DNA of 64,000 nt, taken from NCBI GenBank assembly GCA_016788185.1, contig JAEUTF010000190.1, forward strand, positions 3,733 to 67,732, in the 5' to 3' direction. Source of the stretch: Bacteroidia bacterium. GTDB taxonomy: Bacteria; Bacteroidota; Bacteroidia; AKYH767-A; OLB10. Both the position numbers and the translations under genes were made by a program. Below are positions 39,201 through 47,588 of this stretch, one piece after another (position 1 is the stretch's first letter; each line of letters opens with the position of its first letter). A model generated the notes under the pieces. It searched no databases. It worked only from the letters and a program-made list of their open reading frames with translations, and was not told the DNA's origin.

Positions 39201-42200
39201 GACCCACTCCGTTGACCGGCGTATTGCCCGACAGGCTGATCAGTGAACCGGCACATGCCTGCTGATCGGAACCGGCATTCACCACAACCAGTGAGTCCAC
39301 GTTGATGTCCACGGTATCACTGCTGGTGCAGGTGCCGTTCGTTACAGTCCATACAAAGGTGTTGACACCGTATGACAGACCCGACACGGAAGAGTTGGGA
39401 TCTCCGGTGAGGGCAATCACGGCCGTTCCTGTAGTGCTCCATTGTCCCAGCCCGAGTCCGGGCAGGTTGCCGTTGAGATTGGCGTTGAAGATCTCGCAAA
39501 TAAACTGATCGCTTCCGGCATTGGCAGCCACGAGCGAATCGATGATGATCTGAACAGTGTCGCTGCTGGTACAACTTCCGTTGCTGATGGTCCAGACAAA
39601 AGAATAGGTGCCGGCGTTGCTGATTCCGCCGATAGCAGTATTGGAGGAAGAAGGGTTGGCTGGTGTACCGCCGTTCAGGGCTGTCCATGTTCCGTTGCCG
39701 GTCGGTGGTGTGTTGGCGGTAAGGCTGATGGCTGAACCGGAACAAAGTTGCTGATCGGAACCTGCATTGGCAACCAGGAGTGAATCAACCGTGATTTGTA
39801 CAGTGTCGCTGCTGGTGCAGGATCCATTTACAATGGTCCAGACAAAAGAATACGTGCCGGCCTGAAGGTTCGTGACGGCAGATGCCGGATTATTCGGAGC
39901 GGCAATGATGGCCGTGGAGGTACTGCTCCAGGTGCCGGTGCCCGGCGCTGCATTGTTGCCTGCCAGCAGGGTATTGTTACTGTTACAAAGCGTCTGGTCG
40001 GAACCGGCATTGGCCGTTACCGCCTGATCGATGGTGATGTTAACGGTGTCGCTGGAAATACAACTACCGTTGGTGACGGTCCAGACAAAGGCATAAATGC
40101 CGGCTGCACTCAGTCCGCCGATCGTGGTGGTGGCCGATGTTGGATTGGAGGGGGTGCCGCCGTTTAAGGCGGTCCATAAGCCGCTGCCAGTAGCCGGCGT
40201 ATTTCCGTTCAGTACAATGGCCGAGCCGGCACAAAGCTGTTGGTCGGCGCCTGCATTGGCAGGAATCAGTGAATCAACATTAATGGTGACCGTATCTGCA
40301 GAAGTACAGCTGCCGTTGACAATGGTCCATACAAAAGTATAGGTGCCCGCCTGCAGGTTGCTTACAGAGGTTGAAGGATTATTGGGAGAAACGATGACGG
40401 CGGCCGAAGTGCTGGTCCAGGTACCGGTACCCGGTGCGGCATTGTTGGCCGCCAGAGTAGCCGAAGCGGCATTGCACAAGGTTTGATCAGGTCCGGCATT
40501 GGAGGTGATCAACTGACTAACGGTAATGGACATGGTATCACGACTCACGCAGGTGCCGTTGGTGACGGTCCAGATGAAGGTGTACGTGCCGGCCGTGGTC
40601 AGGTTGCTCACGCCGCTGGTCGCACTGGCAGGATTGGTGATGGTGGCCGAGGAGGTGGTGGTCCAGACTCCGCTGCCTGCCGCCGGTGTATTGCCGCTCA
40701 AGGTGGCTGTCCCGGGGCTGGAACAGATCTGCTGGTCGGGACCTGCAAGGGCGGTAATCAGTGAGTCAACCCGGATACGGACGGTATCTCTGCTCGTGCA
40801 GTTTCCATTGACAATGGTCCAGACAAACTGGTTGTTTCCATAGCTCAGTCCTGTGACGGCGCTGGAAGCGCTGGCCGGATTGCTGACCACTGCGCTACCG
40901 AGCGAAGTCCAGGTGCCGCTTCCGCTCGCAGGGGTATTTCCTGCCAGGGTGGCACCGGTCGCCGCGCAGAGGTTCTGGTCGGGTCCCGCATTGGCGGCGA
41001 TAAGCGAATCCACCGTAATGCGGACTGTATCCCGGAGTACGCAGGCGCCGTTGGTAACGGTCCATACAAACACATAGACTCCCGCGTTAGTGATGCCGCC
41101 GAGTGCTGAATTCGGACTTGAGGGTGAACTGATGGTGGCCGGGGAGGTGGTGGTCCACAATCCGCTGGCCGGAAAAGGATTGTTTCCTGAAAGACTCACG
41201 GTCGTACCCTGACAGACCTGTTGATCGAGGCCGGCATTGGATGGCACCTGTACGTTGACCACCACCCGCATGGTATCCCTGCTGATGCAGGTTCCGTTGG
41301 TAATGGTCCAGATGAATACATGGGTACCGGGAGTCAGTGCGGTGATGCCCGTGACGGGGCTGGAAGGCGTGGTGATGGTACCGCCGTTCAGTTTGGTCCA
41401 TACGCCGGTGCCGGGTGCGGGATTGTTCCCTGCCATGGTCACCGAGGTTTGTGATTCGCAGATCTGCAGGTCGGGACCAGCGTTGGCCGCGATCAGTGCA
41501 TCAATGCGTATGATCACCGTATCGCGGCTGATGCAGGCGCCATAGGTGGTGGTGTAAACGAAAATATTTTGTCCCACCGACAGGTTGCTTACCGTGGTGG
41601 TGGCCGATGAAGGACTTGCAATGACGGCCGCCCCGGTGGTCGACCACAAGCCTGTGCCCGGAGCAGGGCTGTTGCCGCTGAGGGTGGCTGTGGTGGCATT
41701 GCAAAGCTGCTGGTCGGCGCCGGCATTGGCAACAACAGGATTACGGACAATGAAGGTTACGGTATCACGGGTGATGCAAGGACCGTTCGTAATGGTCCAT
41801 ACAAAATTGTAAAAACCGGCCGTATTGAGGCCGGTAACGGTGGTGACCGCGCTGCCCGGACTGGTGATGGTACCGCCGTTCAACGCTGTCCATACGCCGG
41901 TGCCGGGGGCCGGATTATTCCCGCTCAGGGTTCCCTGGGCGGTGCTGGTACAGATTTGCTGGTTGTTGCCGGCATTGGAGGTCACCGGAGCGGTAACGGT
42001 AATCAGCATCGTGTCGCGTGAAACACAGGCGCCGTTGCTGACGGTCCATATAAAAGAGTAGGAGCCGGCTGTCGTTAACCCGCTCACGTTAGATGAGGCA
42101 CTGGACGGACTGGCAATCACGGCACCGGAACTGCTGGTCCAGGTACCGGTTCCCGGCGAGGGATTTCCGGCGGCCAGGGTGGCCGTTCCGGGTGAAGCGC

Positions 42201-43068
42201 AAACCTGCTGATCCGTGCCGGCTACTGGAACCAGTGGACTGGTTACCGTAATATTCATGGTATCCCGGGTCACGCAGGAACCGTTGGTAACGGTCCATAC
42301 CATGGTATATGTTCCCGGAACAGTCAATCCTGTGACGGTGGAATTCCGGTTGGAAGGAGTGGTAATAATCGCTGCACTGCCGGTAGACCAGATTCCGGTG
42401 CCAGGCGCCGGATTGGAGCCGGCAAGCGTGGTGCTGCCGGTGGTGCTGCAAACCTGCTGGTCGGGACCGGCACTGACTATCACGGGCTGATCCACGATCA
42501 CCGTTACCTGGTCGGCATCGCTGCAGGTGCCGTCAGAAACCACCCAGAAAAATAAATAGGTACCGGAAATAAGATTTGAAATGACTGTAGTATCGTTGGC
42601 CGGACTGGCAATCACCCCGGATGAAGCGGTAAACCAGGTTCCGGTAACACCGTTGATGGCCGGGTCGATGGCCATGATGGTGGTGGAACTTTGCGGAGAA
42701 CATATCCTGACTGTGTTGTTGATCGCCTGCGCCAGCAGCACATAAATGACTTTTGTAGCCGTATCGCTGTTCCCGTTGGCATCGCTAACGACCAGGGTCA
42801 CCGTATAATTGCCCCCCATTGTATAGGCATAACCGGGATTCTGGCTGGTGGAAGAACCTCCGTCACCGAATGTCCAGTTCCAGCCGGTGATGGCAGCGCC
42901 GCCGGCAAGCGAGAGATCAGTAAAGGATATGGAATTACCCACACACACAATGGTATCGTTGGCATCAAAAGCTGCCGTAGGCGCCTGCGCGGAAGCAGGC
43001 CGATAGACACTACAAATGAAGAGCAGGACGAATCCCGACCACTTCCATACGTTTGAAATTCGCAACAT
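36286..43068 (-). CDS. Giant cell-surface adhesin-like protein with T9SS type B (gliding-motility-associated, CHU_C) C-terminal sorting domain
   Basis: ATG 43068 (the track starts at TTG 43074), signal ...VYRPASAQA. The domains are, in order:
- a PKD domain (WNWTFGDGGSS...YTVTLVVSD)
- 15 tandem Ig/PKD-like repeats of about 82 aa
- 3 cadherin-like repeats (ND..T.ED....I.VL.ND.D)
- 4 SprB-type repeats (CYGDSSG.I......G..PY.YSWSNG......L.AGVY.V...D.NGC)
- a terminal IPSGFSPNNDGFNDYF...IFNRWGALVF...LPDGTYYYVL. Confidence 0.9.
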   Translation of the reverse strand: MLRISNVWKWSGFVLLFICSVYRPASAQAPTAAFDANDTIVCVGNSISFTDLSLAGGAAITGWNWTFGDGGSSTSQNPGYAYTMGGNYTVTLVVSDANGNSDTATKVIYVLLAQAINNTVRICSPQSSTTIMAIDPAINGVTGTWFTASSGVIASPANDTTVISNLISGTYLFFWVVSDGTCSDADQVTVIVDQPVIVSAGPDQQVCSTTGSTTLAGSNPAPGTGIWSTGSAAIITTPSNRNSTVTGLTVPGTYTMVWTVTNGSCVTRDTMNITVTSPLVPVAGTDQQVCASPGTATLAAGNPSPGTGTWTSSSGAVIASPSSASSNVSGLTTAGSYSFIWTVSNGACVSRDTMLITVTAPVTSNAGNNQQICTSTAQGTLSGNNPAPGTGVWTALNGGTITSPGSAVTTVTGLNTAGFYNFVWTITNGPCITRDTVTFIVRNPVVANAGADQQLCNATTATLSGNSPAPGTGLWSTTGAAVIASPSSATTTVSNLSVGQNIFVYTTTYGACISRDTVIIRIDALIAANAGPDLQICESQTSVTMAGNNPAPGTGVWTKLNGGTITTPSSPVTGITALTPGTHVFIWTITNGTCISRDTMRVVVNVQVPSNAGLDQQVCQGTTVSLSGNNPFPASGLWTTTSPATISSPSSPNSALGGITNAGVYVFVWTVTNGACVLRDTVRITVDSLIAANAGPDQNLCAATGATLAGNTPASGSGTWTSLGSAVVSNPASASSAVTGLSYGNNQFVWTIVNGNCTSRDTVRIRVDSLITALAGPDQQICSSPGTATLSGNTPAAGSGVWTTTSSATITNPASATSGVSNLTTAGTYTFIWTVTNGTCVSRDTMSITVSQLITSNAGPDQTLCNAASATLAANNAAPGTGTWTSTSAAVIVSPNNPSTSVSNLQAGTYTFVWTIVNGSCTSADTVTINVDSLIPANAGADQQLCAGSAIVLNGNTPATGSGLWTALNGGTPSNPTSATTTIGGLSAAGIYAFVWTVTNGSCISSDTVNITIDQAVTANAGSDQTLCNSNNTLLAGNNAAPGTGTWSSTSTAIIAAPNNPASAVTNLQAGTYSFVWTIVNGSCTSSDTVQITVDSLLVANAGSDQQLCSGSAISLTANTPPTGNGTWTALNGGTPANPSSSNTAIGGISNAGTYSFVWTISNGSCTSSDTVQIIIDSLVAANAGSDQFICEIFNANLNGNLPGLGLGQWSTTGTAVIALTGDPNSSVSGLSYGVNTFVWTVTNGTCTSSDTVDINVDSLVVVNAGSDQQACAGSLISLSGNTPVNGVGLWTSSGAALVDNPGSENSTVSNLQPGINEFVWNIINGACQSSDTVIVLINPLPQADAGADQFVLSGTNVILGGSPSASGGTGSYTWQWNPGAALNDSTLANPSVTVNVTTTFVLTVTDSLGCTDSDTITIWVNNPPDAQNDTVTTAEDTPLVIDVLLNDSDPDTNINPASVAVLLGPFNGTATILPGGQISYTPAPDFYGQDSVFYTVCDSGMPVYCDSAWILITVTPVNDAPLAVDDFVSTPEDSCIQVAVLANDSDVENMIDLNTLVILSGPANGTYSLDPLTGILTYCPDSNFTGSDTLIYAICDSGFPLPALCDTAIVVITVVPDNDPPVAINDTAYNCSGDALIAIVLANDFDPEGDSLSLAILTPPLNGAALVSPGQEIIYTSNPGSAGWDSLQYVICDQQTPAACDTAWMLIYVHALAQATSTATAILCYGDSSGTIDISMVNPGTYSYSWSNGSTDEDLDSLAAGVYTVSILDSNGCVLVLSDTVSGPAAPLAGITVVQPILCYGDTSGAIDLQVSGGTSPYSWSWNNGSTEEDLDSLLAGVYQVTVTDSNGCILALSDSVSAPAAPLSAVISGNDIACYGDSSGTILVSVNGGTPGYTYAWSNGAADSLLVNLLAGVYTVTIRDTNACTLVLTDTITELSTPIVINALVSDPYCISGALGSVQITASGGMAPLAYLWSNGDTLGQIDSLYAGVYQLMVTDSIGCVSTVNYTLQDSSAVSIALSGTMFCEGDSLLLSVPYYTGLSYQWYQNGNVMPADTTHQLVVTAGGDYALSVNSGCGLFTDGPVTLTENPLPLVSAGSDATISCDSVLTLTAVGAQNYSWTPAAWCTTPDQPSTEISVAVTTSFVVTGTDANGCAGTDTVLVNVICDSLEIPSGFSPNNDGFNDYFTITDIDRYPNCNLKIFNRWGALVFEMDRYNNSWSGLSNVDLIKMGEELPDGTYYYVLDPGNGDAVRNGFVVLRR
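39055..42732 (-). repeat. Array of 15 tandem coding repeats (about 243-249 bp, 81-83 aa each) inside the giant adhesin gene
   Basis: Counted directly from the translation. Each unit has the consensus AG.DQ..C...(T/S).L.GN.P..G.G.W.......I..P....T.V..L..G.Y.F.WT..NG.C.S.DTV.I.V, with two conserved Cys per unit. The array spans aa 115-1340 of the track ORF. Confidence 0.85.
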
Positions 43069-43272
43069 TCTCAATCAGGTTTTGATGTCGTGTGACACTT
43101 TTTGCTGAATTTCTTACGAAATGGATGTAAGGTTGGTTTCGGAAATACCGGATTAGTTAAAAGAATGCGCCCTGGGACTGCATTCGCCGATGTAAAATCC
43201 GCCTTGAAAACTACCGGATGCAAACCCCGTATACGTGCTTACGGACGAGGGGTTACAAAAAATTTAAAATTT

Positions 43273-43307
43273 CACAAAAACAAAGCCCGGCCTTACAGGG
43301 CCGGGCT
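43273..43307 (-). terminator. Rho-independent terminator closing the dcw-yqeY transcription unit
   Basis: The minus strand reads AGCCCGGCC ctgtaa GGCCGGGCT followed by TTGTTTTTGTG, 26 nt after the yqeY-like stop. Confidence 0.75.
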
Positions 43308-43333
43308 CCGGGAACATTGAGAACTTGGGACTG

Positions 43334-43786
43334 TTAATGCTGATTCAGTAATTCCTTTACAAGTTGTGACACCAGTTTGTTATCGGCTTTTCCCGCCAAT
43401 TGCTTGGTCACGGCGCCCATTACCTTCCCCATTTCAGCCGGCGATTTGGCACCGGTATCGAGGATGGTCTGTTTCACCACGGCTCTTATTTCATCTTCAC
43501 CCATCATTTGAGGTAGGTACTTCGAAATGATGGCCACCTCTTCCATTTCCGGTTTGGCGAGATCCTCCCTTTGCTGGGTGTTGTAAATTTCGATGGATTC
43601 CTGGCGTTGCTTCACCAGTTTCTGAAGCATCCGCACCTCATCTTCTGCACTGAGTTCCTTTCCTCCACCGCTGGTTTTTGCCAGCAGGATGGCGGACTTG
43701 ATGGCACGTATGGCCCGCAGCCCTGCTTCATCTTTCGCCAGCATCGCCGCCTTCAGGTCGGCCATGATCGTTTGTTCGAGACTCAT
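43334..43786 (-). CDS. GatB/YqeY domain-containing protein
   Basis: 150 aa with typical YqeY layout (MSLEQTIMADLKAAMLAKDEAGLRAIRAIKSAI...EIAVVEKYLP-like ISKYLPQ). Confidence 0.88.
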   Translation of the reverse strand: MSLEQTIMADLKAAMLAKDEAGLRAIRAIKSAILLAKTSGGGKELSAEDEVRMLQKLVKQRQESIEIYNTQQREDLAKPEMEEVAIISKYLPQMMGEDEIRAVVKQTILDTGAKSPAEMGKVMGAVTKQLAGKADNKLVSQLVKELLNQH

Positions 43787-43797
43787 CTTCGTGGATA

Positions 43798-45459
43798 TTA
43801 ATCTACCCTGTCGTGCAGGAAAGGATTGTTGGGACGAATTTCCGGTTTGTTGTCGTCAAGCGACAAGGTATAGCGGCTCACGCTGTTGTCGGAGGAGGCC
43901 GGTGTATTGTCCAGTTTCACGTTTCTCCTTTTGAAGGCCGGCTCTCTTTCCATGTCCGCCAGTCCGCTGGGAGAATTCAGACGCATGTTCACCTCTTTGA
44001 GGCGCATGATGCGCTCCCGTGAACGCTGATACATCTCTTCTTCAGCGCTGAGGGGCTGGTTGAAATCATTGTTGTTTTTCGGCGTCTCGCTGTAGAGATC
44101 GTGACGAACCACCGGCACATCGTTCATTTCGGCTACGGGAGTCGCAGGAGCCTGTTCAGCCTGAATATTCTTTATATACGGCTCTTCTTCCACCGGAGGA
44201 AACTCCAGTTCGATCAGGCCACTTTCAGTGCCCATTTCTGTAACCGACTCGTTGCTGTAGCTGATACTCATTTCTTCATTCTCTTCCACGCTTAGTTCCT
44301 CGCGAACAAAAAGGAAGGGTTCTGTGGCATCATTGGAAACAGGGGTCTCCTGCAGTTGTACGGGAGATTCCGTCTTTTCGGCTACAGGAGGAGCCGGAGG
44401 GGTAGTGTCCTCCAGGCGGTGCACAATGATTTCCGGCTTTCTGATTTCAGACTGCTTCTGCTCGCCGGTTTTAAATCCGGTAGCAATCACGGTAACCGAA
44501 ACTTTGTCACCGAGGTTGGCATCGTGTCCCAATCCCAGAATGATTTCAGCGGTCTGACCGGCCTGCGCCTGGATGAAATCGTTGATCTCCCCTACTTCAT
44601 CCATGGTCGCCTCGTTGTGCCCGCTGGTGATGCTGAGGAGGATGTAATTGGCTCCTTCAATCACGTTGTCGTTCAGCAAGGGTGAGTCAAGGGCAGCTTC
44701 GGCAGCACGCACAGCACGGTTGTCGCCTTCGGCTGCGGCAGAGCCCATGATGGCCACTCCGCTGTCTTTCATCACCGTTTCGATATCGGCAAAATCAACG
44801 TTGAGATGCATGGTATTGGTGATGATCTCCGCAATGCTCTTGGCCGCCACGGTCAGTATATCGTCGGCATGGCCAAAGGCCTTGCTCAATTGGAGGTTTC
44901 CGTGTATTTCACGGAGTTTATCGTTGCAGATGATCAGCAAAGCATCCACATTCTTTTTCATTTCCTCAATACCGGCTTCGGCCTGCTGCAGGCGTTTGCG
45001 TCCTTCAAATCCAAAGGGAATTGTTACAATGCCCACGGTCAGGATACCCATCTCGCGCGCGATGCCGGCAATGACCGGAGCCGCACCGGTACCGGTACCT
45101 CCGCCCATACCGGCCGTTATGAATACCATGCGCGTACCATCATTGAGTAGGTTCTGGAGTTCTTCGATGTTTTCATTGGCTGCCTTCTTTCCTACTTCAG
45201 GAATGGCGCCTGCGCCCCGTCCTTTGGTGAGTCCGGGTCCCAATTGCATTTTAAAAGGAACCGGGCTGACTTCCAGCGCCTGCGCATCGGTATTGCAGAC
45301 CAGGAAATCCACGCCTTTGATGCCCAGTTTAAACATATGGTTGACCGCGTTGCTGCCGCCGCCGCCGACACCGATTACCTTGATAATCGAATTTTCTTCC
45401 TTATGCAGGTCAAACTGGATCAGGGAAGGTTTTTGATTGGGAAATTCTTGCTGATTCAT
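43798..45459 (-). CDS. ftsZ: Cell division protein FtsZ
   Basis: Tubulin signature GMGGGTGTGAAPV, plus GVGGGGSNAVNHM. Long Glu/Pro-rich linker and a conserved C-terminal EPAFKRR ... NPFLHDRVD. Confidence 0.97.
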   Translation of the reverse strand: MNQQEFPNQKPSLIQFDLHKEENSIIKVIGVGGGGSNAVNHMFKLGIKGVDFLVCNTDAQALEVSPVPFKMQLGPGLTKGRGAGAIPEVGKKAANENIEELQNLLNDGTRMVFITAGMGGGTGTGAAPVIAGIAREMGILTVGIVTIPFGFEGRKRLQQAEAGIEEMKKNVDALLIICNDKLREIHGNLQLSKAFGHADDILTVAAKSIAEIITNTMHLNVDFADIETVMKDSGVAIMGSAAAEGDNRAVRAAEAALDSPLLNDNVIEGANYILLSITSGHNEATMDEVGEINDFIQAQAGQTAEIILGLGHDANLGDKVSVTVIATGFKTGEQKQSEIRKPEIIVHRLEDTTPPAPPVAEKTESPVQLQETPVSNDATEPFLFVREELSVEENEEMSISYSNESVTEMGTESGLIELEFPPVEEEPYIKNIQAEQAPATPVAEMNDVPVVRHDLYSETPKNNNDFNQPLSAEEEMYQRSRERIMRLKEVNMRLNSPSGLADMEREPAFKRRNVKLDNTPASSDNSVSRYTLSLDDNKPEIRPNNPFLHDRVD

Positions 45460-45495
45460 GGTTATGATTTTTTTGTTTTTAGCAGGTTATGGGTA

Positions 45496-46773
45496 TTATA
45501 ATTTATCGTCTTTGTCGTCGCCGAGAATTTCGGTGTTGAAAATGCTTTTCCACCAGCCTTTCTTTTCGGGGTTTTTCTGCTCTTCGCGGGCGGGTGCAGT
45601 AAGCGGATTCTTGCGCTCTTTCTCCAGATCCTGGAGTCCTTTAATCACCAGTCCTACGCCCGTGGCATACATCGGGCTCTTCACTTCATCCATGCCTTTG
45701 CCCAGGTGCTCGTTCGGATAGCCGATGCGGGTATCCATGCCGGTGATGTACTCCACCAGTTGCGTGATGTGCTTGAGCTGTGCCCCGCCACCGGTAATTA
45801 CGATGCCGGCAATCAGCTTTTTCTCAAATCCCGAACTCTTGATTTCGTAGTATACGCTTTCAATGATCTCTTCCATCCTGGCCTGAATGATGGAGGCCAG
45901 GTTTTTCACGGAGATCTCCTTGGGTTCACGGCCACGCAATCCGGGAATGGAAACGATTTCGTTGTCCTTCATCTGCCGGGCAAGGGCGGAGCCGAAACGG
46001 GTCTTGAGCAGTTCGGCCTGGTTGCGGATGATGGAACAACCTTCCTTGATGTCGTCGGTGATCACATTGCCACCAAAAGGAATCACCGCCGTATGCCGGA
46101 TGATGCCGTCCTGGAAGATGGCGATGTCGGTGGTTCCGCCGCCGATATCCACCAGCACCACGCCGGCTTCCTTCTCCTCTTCGGTCAGAACGGCCTCCGC
46201 CGATGCCAGCGGCTCAAGAATAATATCCACGGTTTTCAGGCCGGCTTTGGTCACACACTTCTGGATGTTATTGGCCGCGGTAATCAGCCCGGTGATGATA
46301 TGACAATTGGCTTCCAGGCGTACACCCGACATCCCGATCGGATCCTTGATGCCCTGTTCGTTGTCCACAATGAACTCCTGCGGGATGACGTGAATGATTT
46401 CTTCGCCGGGAGGCATGGCCAGCTTGTACATGTCTTTGATGATGGCCTCAATGTCCCTGCGGCTGATTTCATCGTTGGTGCTGGTGCGGGTGATCATGCC
46501 GCGATGCTGCATACTCTTGATGTGCTGGCCGGCAATGCCCACGTGCACATCACTGATCTCCACTCCCGATTTAGCTTCGGCCTCGGCCACTGCCTCCTTG
46601 ATGGATATCACCGTTTTCTCGATGTTGGCTACTATACCGCGCATCACGCCGAGTGATTCGGAACGGCCCATGCCCATCACTTCCACCTTGCCGTGTTCAT
46701 TCCTGCGTCCCACAATCGCGGCAATCTTTGTGGTACCAATGTCAAGGCCTACTATGATGTCTGAATTTTCCAT
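45496..46773 (-). CDS. ftsA: Cell division protein FtsA
   Basis: Actin-like fold (VGLDIGTTKIAAIVG, VDIGGGTTDIAIF). I prefer ATG 46773 (MENSDIIVG), which overlaps the ftsQ stop as TGATG. The alternative is ATG 46794. Confidence 0.93.
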   Translation of the reverse strand: MENSDIIVGLDIGTTKIAAIVGRRNEHGKVEVMGMGRSESLGVMRGIVANIEKTVISIKEAVAEAEAKSGVEISDVHVGIAGQHIKSMQHRGMITRTSTNDEISRRDIEAIIKDMYKLAMPPGEEIIHVIPQEFIVDNEQGIKDPIGMSGVRLEANCHIITGLITAANNIQKCVTKAGLKTVDIILEPLASAEAVLTEEEKEAGVVLVDIGGGTTDIAIFQDGIIRHTAVIPFGGNVITDDIKEGCSIIRNQAELLKTRFGSALARQMKDNEIVSIPGLRGREPKEISVKNLASIIQARMEEIIESVYYEIKSSGFEKKLIAGIVITGGGAQLKHITQLVEYITGMDTRIGYPNEHLGKGMDEVKSPMYATGVGLVIKGLQDLEKERKNPLTAPAREEQKNPEKKGWWKSIFNTEILGDDKDDKL

Positions 46774-47588
46774 CAAAATTTTGTTTTTGTACATACAACC
46801 TGGTCTTTGAACTTCAGGTTGATCAGGTTATAATTGTTCCAACCGGTTTTATTGAGTCCTTCGCGGTAAAAGACCATCAGGTTTCTGAACTTGCTTTCCA
46901 GGCGGCTTGTGTCGCCGAGCAGGATCCGGTGGTTGCCAATCCGGGGGATGAGCTCCAGCTCCTGAAACTCGTTTACATAAATCTGTTCCGCATTCGCCGA
47001 CCAGAAGGTATCGGCCTCTACGAAGCGGGCCAGCGCGTAAACCTGCTCAATGGTGCGCGGGAGGAGGCGCTCTGATGAATCTTTCGCCACAAAACGGTAC
47101 CCGATTTTCATCTCGGCATAGGTATTGAAAATATAACCGCTGGCCACCAGGGCCGGAGGAGTATAACGCTCTGATAATGGCATGAATGTGCCGGTCTTGT
47201 CAATATAAAACTGCTCGTCGTTTTTGTTGATGATTCTCACGATGGGATTGCGTTGTACCAGGTCAATATGCAGTTTTCCGCCAATCGCTGAATATACTTC
47301 GACGTCCTCTACGAAGGGGTTCGTCAAAATGATTTTTTCCAACAGGGCGGTGTTGATGGTGCCTACGGCTTTGCCCAGCACTTTTCCTTTGCTGTTGACC
47401 AGTGCCAGGACCTCACTTTTATCAATGAACTCATGGCCGAGATCTTCGTTCATCCTGATGATGACTTCCGAACAGCGCAGTTCATCCTGCTTATGACTGA
47501 CAAATCCCAGCAGGGCAAACATGCCGCAGGCAAAGAGTGACCAGCCCGCCACCGTGAAAATTTTCCTGTAGTTGATCTGTGTTTTCAT
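46773..47588 (-). CDS. ftsQ: Cell division protein FtsQ (POTRA domain)
   Basis: Single N-terminal TM helix (AGWSLFACGMFALLGFV), then a POTRA-like region. Sits between murC and ftsA, with an ATGA overlap with murC. Confidence 0.85.
   Translation of the reverse strand: MKTQINYRKIFTVAGWSLFACGMFALLGFVSHKQDELRCSEVIIRMNEDLGHEFIDKSEVLALVNSKGKVLGKAVGTINTALLEKIILTNPFVEDVEVYSAIGGKLHIDLVQRNPIVRIINKNDEQFYIDKTGTFMPLSERYTPPALVASGYIFNTYAEMKIGYRFVAKDSSERLLPRTIEQVYALARFVEADTFWSANAEQIYVNEFQELELIPRIGNHRILLGDTSRLESKFRNLMVFYREGLNKTGWNNYNLINLKFKDQVVCTKTKF

Noticed and set aside
39055-42732. Regular repeats of about 246 bp that could superficially suggest a CRISPR array or satellite, plus many 60-150-aa ORFs on both strands across 36.5-43.0 kb.
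   Set aside because: The repeats are in-frame protein domains of one continuous 2260-codon ORF. They are far longer than CRISPR repeats and have no unique spacers. The short ORFs are off-frame or antisense artefacts of the repetitive Gly/Thr/Ser-rich coding sequence.
44648-46656. Plus-strand ORFs of 262 aa (44648-45436) and 316 aa (45706-46656).
   Set aside because: They are shadows of ftsZ and ftsA on the opposite strand.
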